DNA from: Myxococcales bacterium
Lineage (GTDB): Bacteria > Desulfobacterota > Binatia > HRBIN30
Assembly (NCBI GenBank): GCA_037445065.1
Contig: JBBILD010000004.1
Location: 168,692 to 232,691 of the forward strand
DNA length: 64,000 nt
Direction of reading: 5' to 3'
Positions 1 through 9,445 of this stretch are shown here, piece after piece. The notes beneath the pieces were generated by a model. It was not told the origin of the DNA, did not search any database, and saw nothing but the letters and a program-made list of their open reading frames with translations. The position numbers were made by a program, and so were the translations under genes. The stretch's first letter is position 1. Every line of letters begins with the position of its first letter.

Positions 1-561
1 GGGTGCGGCCGCACCGAGCCGGGCCTCGAGCGCATCCAGAGTCGAGGTGAGGCCGAACAGCGGGTTGCGAAGGTTGTGCGCTACACCGGCCACCAGCTTG
101 CCCAGCAAAACCCAAGGCTCTTGTGCCGCCATTGCAGCTTCGGCACTGGCCCGTGCTTCGCGTTCCCGCGCTAAGCGCGATTCGAGTTCCCAGGCCTGGT
201 GCGGGTCCCATACCAAGTTGAGCCACCGCGGCGGGCGCGCGGACAGCGCGCGGGAACACAGCACGCATTGCTTGCCAGCATGCGGCCCGCGCAAAATGCA
301 CAAGCGGCCTGTGTACTCGGCCCCCCTTTGATTCGGTTCGGGGCGTGGCGGGTCCAATCGCGCCAAGGAATCCAAGTGCACGGGCGGCACTTTGCGCGTC
401 GAGCGAATCGCAAAGAGTTCGTTTGCCTCCCGGTTCGCGGCCACCACCGAGCCTCGCTCGTCAATCCAAGCCGGAAGCGGAATCGCCCTCACTTCCACCG
501 TTTTCGAAGCGCTTGCCCCTTTGCGAACCGACACCAACGCCTCCGCGTGCTCGCGTGACAC
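1..561 (-). CDS. PAS-like/HisKA sensor histidine kinase, 5' part (runs off window start)
   Basis: Not in ORF track. Manual translation from GTG at 561 is open to position 1, with PAS-like 'PLPAWIDERGSVVAANREANELF', a coiled linker and H-box 'LGKLVAGVAHNLRNPLFGLTSTLDALE'. Confidence 0.85.
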   Translation of the reverse strand, partial: MSREHAEALVSVRKGASASKTVEVRAIPLPAWIDERGSVVAANREANELFAIRSTRKVPPVHLDSLARLDPPRPEPNQRGAEYTGRLCILRGPHAGKQCVLCSRALSARPPRWLNLVWDPHQAWELESRLAREREARASAEAAMAAQEPWVLLGKLVAGVAHNLRNPLFGLTSTLDALEARLGAAAP

Positions 562-757
562 CCCTTTTCAACCCCGCCCGACCTTCCAGAAGCCTGCCAC
601 GGTCCGTGGGCCTTTTCAAAAGGAAAATGGTTCGCACGCGGACCCGAGGTACAAGTTCTGCGCAGTTGCTTTGCTCTCACCGCGCGTGATAGCGCGCACG
701 GTTTAGAAGAGTTCGCTTCGGGGGAAGAGCAGCCGGTACGAAAGGGGGACGCGGCTT

Positions 758-2713
758 GTGTTGAATGGGCAAAGTTTCGCGGCCCTTGGGCCGATCTTCT
801 GGATCGCCCTTGGGATCCTGGCGGCTTATACGGTAGCGCTTTGCGGTCTCCTTTGCCGAGAATCGCGCCGCACTTGGGTTGGTTTGCTCGTTTTGGTGGG
901 GCTGGTCTCGGTGAGCCGCCTGGTTTGGTACGAATCGTACCCGCCCGGTTCGCACGAAGACGAGCCGAAGCTGGCGATCTGCTCCTACCAGCAATGGAAG
1001 GGAGGAGTCTGGCGCCCGAAGGGATGCACGGGGTTGCCTGCGCTGCTCTGGGTTGCTTTCCGAGCGCCTCTGCTCGAGTGGTTCGGCCCCAACCTCTGGG
1101 CTTTGCGGGCCTACAGTATCGTCACTGGGGTGGCGGCGCTTCCCGTCGCCTTCGCACTGGCTCGGCGCGTGGGATTCGGGGTTGATGGCGGCTTTGCCTT
1201 TGCCAGCCTCATTGGCTTTCTCCCCAGGAGCCTATTTTACGGCCGGGTGAATTTTGGTGGCGAACTGATCTTCCACCAAATGCTGTTGCTGTGTGGCTTG
1301 GCGGCGCTGGTGTTCCGCCGCGGATCTTTGCCCTTTGGCCTGTTCCTGGGTGCTCTCGGACAGACGCTGTTGCTCTACGATTACTTTGTCGGTCGTTTCT
1401 TCGCTCCGTTTGCTCTGGTCAGCGCCGTGCTCGCTACCGGCTGGGCGCGGGTTTTCTGCCTCCTCGTCCCCCTGTTGTCCTTGGTGGGCTGGACCCCGTT
1501 TCTCACTGCCAGGCCCGTTTACGTGTTGGGCCCGCTGGGTGTGGCGGCGTCGCCGCTGGACGTGCTGTTGTAGCTGCCGCAGCGACTTTGGTCAGTCCTG
1601 AAAGTGTTTCTCGTTCCTATTTGTACCGAAGCGACCGCCATCAGCCTGCGGGCTGCCGCGGTCCATCCAGAACTCGTACTCGCACTGGCGTTGCTCGGTG
1701 TTGCGCTCGGCTACCGGCGCGAGCGAAAACTGGCGGCGTTCCTGTTGGGCGGCTTCCTCGTGGGGATCCTTCCCGGTTTGGTGACCGCGCATCAGGGTGT
1801 GAGTAGCCATCGCATCCTGATTTCTTACCCATTTGTTGCGTTGGCGGCGGTTAGCGCTTTGCAATCACTTACGGTTCCCGCTGCCCGCCGTTTGGCACTC
1901 TTGGTCCTTGGCGTGGTGGCGAGTGGGCAAAGTGTGCGTTTCTTCTTTTCCCCGCGTTTCTGGTACGACTCTTCTCGGGGCCACTACGGCTGGGAGATGA
2001 CGGCCGCAATGAATGCGATTCCCTATCCGGTTCCCGGCAAGGCGTTTTTAGCGAGACAGTTGTCTTATTGGGGTGGCTTTCGGATTGTCTTTGACCCCAA
2101 CGTTCACTTCCTCTCAATGGCCGACTGGATCCCGCAGCCGAACGGGCTTACGTTTTACGCGTTCTGCGCGCACTCGGAAACGGCGAAAGAGTTCTACAAG
2201 GAGTGGGTGGGTCGGGAAAGAGTGCGAGAGGCGGGGCGAGCGTTCACCGTGCAGATGGAGCCGGGCGACTTGGTTGCCGTGGCAGGCCGCGGTTGGTCCT
2301 TCAGCGCAAGTTGCGGCAGCGAGGCGGTCTTCTTCGAAGTGCCGCATGTCTTCCAGCCGCAAGCCGAGTTGCCATTTCGCCACTGCATGTCCGAGCACGT
2401 GCAGCTTTGGCGGGGGAAGTGGCGCGGGCCGAGGGCCTCACTGCGGGTGAACGTGGTTGATTTCCTCGCTTGGGTTCGCGTCGGAGAAAAAGTCTTGGCG
2501 CAGCTGAGGCCCGGGCTTTCTGGCATCTCGTTCGAGGTCGAGCCCGGTGATGTGGTGGAGGTGGGTATTCGCCACCCGCCGGCGGCGGTGTGGCTCACCC
2601 TGCAGCAAGTGCAGGGCAGCACGGTTCGCCTTGCCCCATTTGCACCAGTGGAGCCGGCACTGCGCTGCGAAGATCCGTGGCTCGCGGTGCCCGTGCGATC
2701 GGGTTGGGAATAA
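758..2713 (+). pseudogene. GT-C (ArnT/PMT-like) polytopic membrane glycosyltransferase with C-terminal soluble domain, interrupted by one in-frame TAG (1571-1573)
   Basis: ORFs 758..1573 and 1604..2713 are in the same frame and the gap reads LPQRLWSVLK without another stop. N-terminal 'PPGSHEDE' loop followed by many TM helices is typical of GT-C enzymes. Confidence 0.65.
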
Positions 2714-2770
2714 GCGCGTGCGGGCGAGTCGGCACGCTCGGAACACCGGTGCTGGAACGCTCGCAGCGGT

Positions 2771-3832
2771 TCATCCGTTCGGAGTCTTGCGCTCGCAGAC
2801 GAGCACCTTGGCATCGAAAATGGCACCCACCACGATCGTTTGTCCGAGTACCGCAGCCGTTGAGGCGGCGGAGATCAGCTTGCCGTCGTCCAGGAGAATT
2901 TCCTCGACGCTACCGCTGTGTGGGTCAATGCGCAGCACTTGTGAGGGAGCGAGTTTTTCCGGGTCGGCGGAGTGAGCGACCAGGTCGAACAGTTTTGGGT
3001 GCGCAGCCACCCACAGGCGGCCGTCGCTGTCCACCTCGATGTTGTCGGGACAGGACTGCAGCGGAATCGTGCGCTGCAAGGCGAGCTCCCCGTTGCTCGG
3101 GTTGCGCTGATACACGTGAATGGAGCGTCCCAAGCACTCGGCCACGAAAATCGTTTTGCCATCGGCGCTGACGTTGATGCCGTTGGCGAACGAGAGGCCG
3201 CTGGCCGCGACGCGGCTACGGCCCGCCGCAAAGTGCGACACGTTCGACCAAGGCAGTTGGAGGTACGCTTCGAGGGTTTGCTGCCAGCCAGGTTCCACGT
3301 AGTAGCGGTCATTCGTTGCGTAGAACTCTCGCGGACCAACGGCCACCAAATCATTTGGCGAGGTGAGTTCTGGGTATTGGATGGATTCGAGGTGCTGGAG
3401 TTCAGCGCCCTCGGCCGCGAACACTTCGACCCGGTGCGAGCGGTGAGACAAGTGGTTGATGGCGAAAAGACGCCGCTCTCCGTCGGCGCTGCGCCACAGC
3501 GAAATCCCGTGCGGGTGGAATTCCTTCGGTTCGTTCGGAGTCACCAACACAGGCTGGGCGCCCGCGGTGCGAAGATCTAGCGAGTAGATGCCGCCCCGCT
3601 GCGGGCGGCCAGCGAGGGTGGCGCGGCGGTCATCAGCGGACAAATACGCAATGCCTTTGTCGGGATCGATCGTGACGTCCTCGGCGCCTACCACTCCTCC
3701 GACCACGCGGCAGGAACCTGCGAAGTGGGGTCGGACTTCGAACAGCATTCCCGAGCGGGTCACGATCCGGTAGGCCAACCAGGCAGCACCCAGCACAAAG
3801 ACCAGCGCCACTACGAGCAGAGCTTTTCGCAT
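2771..3832 (-). CDS. Paraoxonase/arylesterase-like six-bladed beta-propeller lactonase (SMP-30/gluconolactonase superfamily) with N-terminal hydrophobic anchor
   Basis: Motifs GAED, FHPHGIS, INH, SPNDL, FANGI, PDNI, AAHP; start taken at MRKALLVV. Confidence 0.85.
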   Translation of the reverse strand: MRKALLVVALVFVLGAAWLAYRIVTRSGMLFEVRPHFAGSCRVVGGVVGAEDVTIDPDKGIAYLSADDRRATLAGRPQRGGIYSLDLRTAGAQPVLVTPNEPKEFHPHGISLWRSADGERRLFAINHLSHRSHRVEVFAAEGAELQHLESIQYPELTSPNDLVAVGPREFYATNDRYYVEPGWQQTLEAYLQLPWSNVSHFAAGRSRVAASGLSFANGINVSADGKTIFVAECLGRSIHVYQRNPSNGELALQRTIPLQSCPDNIEVDSDGRLWVAAHPKLFDLVAHSADPEKLAPSQVLRIDPHSGSVEEILLDDGKLISAASTAAVLGQTIVVGAIFDAKVLVCERKTPNG

Positions 3833-3986
3833 TTCGGTAACCGTCCTTGTCCGCGCTTCCTGCGCGCCGGGAAAACGCCGCGCCACGGCACCTGCTGGCT
3901 ATGCCGCAAGTCGCGCCCTGTTTTCCAGACGGAGCCGAAGTTTTTTCCGTGCGGGAAAGACCTTGCGAGCGTTCAGCCGCGTTAAA

Positions 3987-4820
3987 TCAAGCAGTACTGG
4001 CACTGGCAGAGGCAGACACACCCGCGGGCTGCAGAGCCGCCGGGCGTGCCCCTGTGAGGCGCCGCCCAAAGTGGAGCCGGGCCTGAAAGGCGGGCAAGAC
4101 CTGCACGAGAAACGGCGTGGCGCCATTCAGGCCGAGAGCGGCGAGATCGCGTGCCATGCGGTGCGTGTCCGTCCCCACCTGCAATCGCAGTTGCGGGCCC
4201 CGTACGAAACGGGCGAGGCCGAGATAGTCCACCCGGGTGGCAATGAGTTCCTGGTTGAGGCGGCTATACAGGAGGATGGCGCGCAGCGGCAGACTTCTGC
4301 CTCGTCCGAGTTCGCCTTCGAGGGTGCACAAAGGCGCTGAGGAGCCGGGTGCGAGCACTGCGGCGCGGATGTGCCCCTCCTGCCAGTCGATCGGAATGTC
4401 GGTCACGAATTTCGGCAACCCCCAGATCTCGCGCCCTGCCGCATTGGCGATGGATGTGGTTACGGGCAGGTGAAGGATGTACATGCCGACCCGTCGCCAG
4501 CGCAGGGGCAGAGCCATGTCGAGTGCAGGCCGGGCGGGCACGCCGAGCGCCTTCGGGGCAACGAAAGTGGCCACCGCGGCTTCGTGGTAGGGGCCGATGC
4601 TGGTTTCCTCGTATGCGAAGAACGCGACCGCCACCGCCGGTTTTCCCCCGGCTAGCGGTACAAGCTCGAGTTCAGGATCATGCAGCAACGCCTCGAGTGG
4701 TTGGCGCTCCGCTGCGAAGAGAGCCATCACCGCCCTGGCTTTCCGGTAGAGGATGGGCACGCCGACGTTTCCTGCCGATGTCGCTACCAGTGCCTGGGGA
4801 ACATCTAAGAATCGCAACAT
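3987..4820 (-). CDS. Acetoacetate decarboxylase-like family protein
   Basis: True start MLRFLDVP after GAGGAGG; motifs 'YEETSIGPYHEA' and 'GREIWGLPK' (Schiff-base Lys). Confidence 0.8.
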   Translation of the reverse strand: MLRFLDVPQALVATSAGNVGVPILYRKARAVMALFAAERQPLEALLHDPELELVPLAGGKPAVAVAFFAYEETSIGPYHEAAVATFVAPKALGVPARPALDMALPLRWRRVGMYILHLPVTTSIANAAGREIWGLPKFVTDIPIDWQEGHIRAAVLAPGSSAPLCTLEGELGRGRSLPLRAILLYSRLNQELIATRVDYLGLARFVRGPQLRLQVGTDTHRMARDLAALGLNGATPFLVQVLPAFQARLHFGRRLTGARPAALQPAGVSASASASTA

Positions 4821-4855
4821 GTCTGGACCCTCCTCGGAAACAACCAATGCAGCCC

Positions 4856-6139
4856 TCAAACAAACTGCGGCCACGAGAGGGGCCGCCCCTGCACGGTACG
4901 TTCGAAGACAGCGAAGCGATTGATCTCGTTGGTACCTTCGTAAATCTGGGTTAGGCGGATATCGCGGTAGAGTCGCTCCACCTCGCTGGCACTCGCTGCT
5001 TCTACCCCGACGAGGTCGAGTGCCCGGCTTGCAATGTACATGGCCGTGTCGGTGGCGACGAATTTCGCCATGGCGGAGAGGTCCGGGAGCGGCGGAAAGC
5101 GCTCGGCGGCGCGGCGGGTGAGAGCATGGGCAGCTGCGTACCTGCCGATCAGCTCGGCTACTTCGTGGGCGACGTCGCGCTGGCCGAGGTCGCCACGGCG
5201 GTGCAAGTGTTCGAGCACGTGGTCCAGCACCCGCCGCGCTCCGCCGAGTGCCAGAGCGCCGACGAGCGGGCGAGAGGTGTCCAGGGTGAGCCGGTTGAGC
5301 CGCCAGCCATTGCACTCGGCCCCCACCCGGTGGGTTTCGGGGACGAAAACGTCGTCGAAGAGAATTTCCGCGGTTGGACTCACTCGCTGCCCCATTTTGT
5401 CTTCCACGTGCGAGATTTCGACGCCGGGCGAATCCCGGCGAACCGCAAAGCAGGTCCAGGCTTGCGTGCCGCGTTGCGGGTCCAGGGTGGCAAAGACGGT
5501 GATCAACTGCGCCAGGTTGCCTCCGGAGATGAAGCACTTGCGACCACTCAAGCGATAGCCGCCGGCTACTTTGCGCGCGGTTGTGCGCAGCCGTGCCGTG
5601 CGCGCCCCGACCTCGTCTTCGACGTCCGAACCAGCCTCGGGCTCGGTGATTGCAAAGGCACAGATGGCCACTTCTCCTTGCCGAGAACGGGCGCACAACG
5701 GGGCCAACAGCCGCCGTGCCTGTGCCAGGTCAAAGGACAGGAGGATCGGCATTGCGCCGAGATAGTGGGCGCCGATCAGGGTGGCCAGCCCAGGCGATGT
5801 TTCTGCCAGAGCTTCGATGACTTCCAGCATGGGCAAATGACCGAAACGCTGCGTGTCACGCAGCCACCCGTCGCCTCCCGCCCAGCGCGGAATGAACTGG
5901 GTGAGCAGCCCCCGCTTGCCGGCTCGCGCCAGGATTTCCTTGGCAAAGGGTGTGGATTCTTCGTGGCTCCGATCTGCATGCTCAACCAGCGGAGCGACCT
6001 CGCGGGCGAAGGCACGCGCGTCTTCGACCATTGTTTTGAGCCGTCTGGGCAGCGCCGCCCGCTGGTGAAGTGCGCGTTCCGGCTCTAGCCGATTGAGCAT
6101 CCACTGTCCGAGTGCTGCCGACCACTGCGTTACGGCCAT
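4856..6139 (-). CDS. Acyl-CoA dehydrogenase
   Basis: FAITEPEAGSD, GRKCFISGG, KMGQR, IYEGTNEI; start at MAVTQW. Confidence 0.92.
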   Translation of the reverse strand: MAVTQWSAALGQWMLNRLEPERALHQRAALPRRLKTMVEDARAFAREVAPLVEHADRSHEESTPFAKEILARAGKRGLLTQFIPRWAGGDGWLRDTQRFGHLPMLEVIEALAETSPGLATLIGAHYLGAMPILLSFDLAQARRLLAPLCARSRQGEVAICAFAITEPEAGSDVEDEVGARTARLRTTARKVAGGYRLSGRKCFISGGNLAQLITVFATLDPQRGTQAWTCFAVRRDSPGVEISHVEDKMGQRVSPTAEILFDDVFVPETHRVGAECNGWRLNRLTLDTSRPLVGALALGGARRVLDHVLEHLHRRGDLGQRDVAHEVAELIGRYAAAHALTRRAAERFPPLPDLSAMAKFVATDTAMYIASRALDLVGVEAASASEVERLYRDIRLTQIYEGTNEINRFAVFERTVQGRPLSWPQFV

Positions 6140-7221
6140 GGCAAACGGTTCTCCCAGGCGCGGCGCAGCGCGCCTTGAATGAGCTGGCGGCTGTTGCCGA
6201 TGAGGAGGCTGAGCAGCTTGGCATCGCGAAGTCGGTGTTCCAGTCCGTAGTCGCGCATGTAGCCGTAGCCGCCGAGCGCTTGTTGCGCCGCCCAACAGGC
6301 CTCTTCCCCGGAGCGTCCGCTGGTTACGGCGCACCAGAGGCGGAATTCCGGGCGGCGAATCGCCTCCTGGAAGAGTGCCTCGCTCGCTAGCAAGCGCGCG
6401 TACGGTTCGCCCAGCAAGCTTTGGATGGTAGGATGGCGGCTGAGCACGTCTCCCCCCTGGTAGCGAGTCATGGCGTACGCGGAGGCAGCGTGCAGAGCGG
6501 CGCGGGCGTTGGCGAGGGCAATGGCGCTGCGCCAGAGCCAGAGACACTCCTGCCAGCGGTCGAGTTCATCCTGTTCGACGTTGCGGAGCGGTTGCGAGGA
6601 GCTGGCCTCGACCGAAACGGATACGCAGGCGCAGCCGCGCAGGCCGAGTGTGCGCTCCACTTCTACGTCTGCCGGCGAGCGAGCGAGTGCAAGCTCGAGT
6701 TTGCCATCCCTCCAGGCGCTCGCGTACACCACCCAGCATCCCGGAACCCAGCCACGCACGACTGCCCGACACTCCCCGCTTTCAGTTCCCTCTTTTGGCG
6801 GGAGGGCGAGCCCCCAGCTCCAGCCGTCCGCAAGCGGTTCGCGGGGGAGCGGGGAGGAAGAGCCGCAGAAGGGCAGGCTGGCGAGCATGCGCGCCAACAC
6901 CCATTCTGCCAAGCAGGCATCCACCGTGGCAATTTCTCGCAACAGCGCACTGGTAGCCCCCATCTCATTGCCAAGTCCTCCTTGTGGCTCCGGCAAAGCG
7001 AGCAAGTGAAAGCCCGCAGCGCGGATTTCCTCTTCGACCGCGGTCAAAACTTCCATGGTGACCGGCGGGCGGTCGAGCACATACCCCCAGCGGCTGGCGA
7101 TGCGATGCGCGACTTCTGCGGCGGTCCGCAACATCGGCACGAGCCAACCTTCGTGCTCCAAGCGCGCAGTTGCGCGCGAACTCTGCCCGCCTTCCCAGTC
7201 CGCTGAGTGCGCTCCGGGCAT
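6130..7221 (-). CDS. Divergent acyl-CoA dehydrogenase subunit (probably non-catalytic partner)
   Basis: C-terminal ACAD motifs TLGLRG, YAMTRYQGG, ALGGYGYMRDYGLEHRLRDAK; lacks TEP and IYEG motifs; overlaps next gene by 10 nt; start uncertain. Confidence 0.8.
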   Translation of the reverse strand: MPGAHSADWEGGQSSRATARLEHEGWLVPMLRTAAEVAHRIASRWGYVLDRPPVTMEVLTAVEEEIRAAGFHLLALPEPQGGLGNEMGATSALLREIATVDACLAEWVLARMLASLPFCGSSSPLPREPLADGWSWGLALPPKEGTESGECRAVVRGWVPGCWVVYASAWRDGKLELALARSPADVEVERTLGLRGCACVSVSVEASSSQPLRNVEQDELDRWQECLWLWRSAIALANARAALHAASAYAMTRYQGGDVLSRHPTIQSLLGEPYARLLASEALFQEAIRRPEFRLWCAVTSGRSGEEACWAAQQALGGYGYMRDYGLEHRLRDAKLLSLLIGNSRQLIQGALRRAWENRLPWP

Positions 7222-7290
7222 TTCCTGGAGAAAAGCAGGCGTGGTTGTGGCCTGATGGCGCCGAGGAATTTCCATTCGCCGAAACGCGCA

Positions 7291-7306
7291 TGCACCGTGC
7301 GTGCCT
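7291..7306 (-). promoter_or_regulatory. Putative sigma-54 (-24/-12) promoter for the ACAD operon
   Basis: Minus strand AGGCACGCACGGTGCA is GG-N10-GC, close to TGGCACG-N4-TTGCA, about 70 nt upstream of the start at 7221. Confidence 0.4.
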
Positions 7307-7515
7307 TGACGCGGCGCGCCACCCATTCGAGGTTAGCTGTTCGTTGCTTCTCGCCGGTGCGCTCGTGCTCTGCAGCGCTTTGCACGGACGGGAAGCAAAC
7401 GCAGCCCTACTCGTTGCAGGTGGTTCGCCTCTCACCATAGCCGGCGCCGTTCTTCCCTATCTGGACTTACAAGGGCGACGGACATAAGCTCGGCTCCTCG
7501 AAAGGAGCGGAGCCG

Positions 7516-9075
7516 ATGCAGTGCACGCGATGCGGCCGCGAGGCCGAGGCACAGTTCGTTCAGATTCGCCGCCGGTGGGTTTGGCTGTCTTATCTGGTTG
7601 GGTTGGCACTGGCCTGGTGGCTTGGCGGCAACCTCCTGCACGATCTAGTCGAGGGCGTGCAGAGGAGCCTGCTCCCTTGGTGGCAACTCGCGGTGCCGAT
7701 TGCCGCCATTGCCATGGCCGCCGCGTTGCAGGGGCTACACTGGCAGATGGCGTTTTGTTCCCGCTGTGGCCTGGATCGTTACGCCACTTGGATCGAACCC
7801 GCGCGCTCCCTCAATCAGGCAAGCCCTGCCGAGCTAGGCCGGCGTCGCGCTCTCAAAGTGGTTGCGGCAGCCGGCGGGGAAGTGGCGGCCTTGGTGGGTG
7901 GTGTCGGTGCGGCGGTTGCTCGCAACCGCGGCTGGATCCCGGTGGCGCAGGACTTCTTTGCGGCCAAGGTAGAGAATATCGCTCCCCAGGCCCGTTCCAA
8001 ATGGGCTGAGGCACGCGTGCGCAGTTATCGGCGGCTCGGACGCACAAATGCGATGGTATCGGACATCTCCCTGGGCTCGTCGCGCATCAACGATGTGAAC
8101 GTCGCGCGTTACGCGATCGAGCGGGGCATCAATTACTTCGACACAGCTCCCGATTACGCAGACACGAATTCGGAGCGCGTACTGGGCGAGGCCATGAAGG
8201 GGCAGCGCGAAAAGATCTTTTTGGCCACCAAGTTCTGTGTCGCCGATGGCCATCTCCCGAACGACACGCCTGTACCGAAGATCATCGAGGCTGTGGAAGC
8301 GAGCTTGCGCAGGCTGCAAACCGATTACGTGGATTTGATCCACATCCACTCTTGCGATCGTCTCGACCGCTTGTTCGCTCCGAACATTCACGAAGCTTTC
8401 GATCGGCTCAAACAGCAAGGCAAGGTGCGGTTTCTCGGTGTCAGCACCCACACCCCCAATCTCGAGGAGGTAGCCAACGCGGCGATTGATTCTGGCCGCT
8501 TCGACGTTCTGATGCTGGCCTACCACTTCGGTATGTGGCCCAGCTTCGACCACCTCTTGAAGAAGGCCAAGGAAAAGGATGTTGGGATCGTGGCCATGAA
8601 GACTCTCAAAGGGGCGAAGCACACGAATCTCGCGAACTTCCGTGAAGAATCGAGTTCGTACGCGCAGGCTGCTTTCCGCTGGGTACTCTCGAACCCGAAC
8701 GTCTCTTGTCTGGTGATTTCGATTTACGAGCGCCGGCAGGTGGATGAGTACCTGTACGCTTCGGGTACAGCGCTGACCCAGCGAGACGTAGCCCTCTTGA
8801 AGAAATACGACCGCCTGGTGGCAGGGGATTACTGCCAGCCGCATTGCGGTGTCTGCTTGCCTGCGTGCGAGGCCGGGCTGCCGATCAACGACATCCTCCG
8901 CTACCGCATGTACGCCAAAGACTACCACTGGGAATACGAAGGTCGCCGGCTCTACGCACAGCTCGAGCGCAATGCCTCGGTGTGCGTCAACTGCGCGGCG
9001 CCGTGTGCGGGGGCCTGCCCGCACGGCGTGCCCATTCAGGAGAAGCTCACCGACGCCCACCACTGGCTTGCGTGA
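7516..9075 (+). CDS. Aldo/keto reductase with C-terminal Fe-S cysteine cluster and N-terminal CxxC-TM-TM-CxxC membrane module
   Basis: AKR motifs RRLGRT, NYFDTAPDY, LATKF, SLRRLQTDYVDL, MKTL; C-terminal CQPHCGVCLPAC and CVNCAAPCAGACP; RBS AAGGAG. Confidence 0.85.
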   Translation: MQCTRCGREAEAQFVQIRRRWVWLSYLVGLALAWWLGGNLLHDLVEGVQRSLLPWWQLAVPIAAIAMAAALQGLHWQMAFCSRCGLDRYATWIEPARSLNQASPAELGRRRALKVVAAAGGEVAALVGGVGAAVARNRGWIPVAQDFFAAKVENIAPQARSKWAEARVRSYRRLGRTNAMVSDISLGSSRINDVNVARYAIERGINYFDTAPDYADTNSERVLGEAMKGQREKIFLATKFCVADGHLPNDTPVPKIIEAVEASLRRLQTDYVDLIHIHSCDRLDRLFAPNIHEAFDRLKQQGKVRFLGVSTHTPNLEEVANAAIDSGRFDVLMLAYHFGMWPSFDHLLKKAKEKDVGIVAMKTLKGAKHTNLANFREESSSYAQAAFRWVLSNPNVSCLVISIYERRQVDEYLYASGTALTQRDVALLKKYDRLVAGDYCQPHCGVCLPACEAGLPINDILRYRMYAKDYHWEYEGRRLYAQLERNASVCVNCAAPCAGACPHGVPIQEKLTDAHHWLA

Positions 9076-9100
9076 GCGCTGCGCGCTAGGTCTTCGACGG

Positions 9101-9115
9101 TGAAATTCATTTTCA
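9101..9115. promoter_or_regulatory. Fur box (deltaproteobacterial type) upstream of feoAB
   Basis: TGAAATTCATTTTCA, one mismatch to palindrome TGAAAATnATTTTCA; AT-rich island 40 nt before feoA. Confidence 0.75.
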
Positions 9116-9154
9116 ACTTGCCCCGGTCGCGCGGGACCCGGGCAAGAGGATGAA

Positions 9155-9445
9155 ATGATCCGGACGATGACAGCGCGAGACTCTGGCAAGCGAACCGCAG
9201 GGAGCGGCATCCCGCTGCGGCAATTAGCGGTGGGGCAATGGGCGAAGCTTTGCGAGCTGGGGTCGCGCCCGGTCTCCCACCGCCTGCTCGATTTAGGCTT
9301 CGTTCCAGGGACCCGTTTGAGGGTGGTGCGCCGGGCTCCCCTCGGGGACCCTGTGGAAATCGAGATTCGCGGCACGCGCCTTTGTTTGCGCGCCGCCCAG
9401 TTGCGGGGGCTACGCGTGCTTCCGGAGAACACCCCCGACCCATGA
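9155..9445 (+). CDS. feoA: Ferrous iron transport protein A
   Basis: RLLDLGFVPG...RRAPLGDPVEIEIRG; ATGA overlap with feoB. Confidence 0.93.
   Translation: MIRTMTARDSGKRTAGSGIPLRQLAVGQWAKLCELGSRPVSHRLLDLGFVPGTRLRVVRRAPLGDPVEIEIRGTRLCLRAAQLRGLRVLPENTPDP

Noticed and set aside
4821..5696. N-terminal ~290 aa of ORF 3987..5696
   Set aside because: Arg/Pro-rich off-frame overlap of the ACAD gene; real start is 4820.
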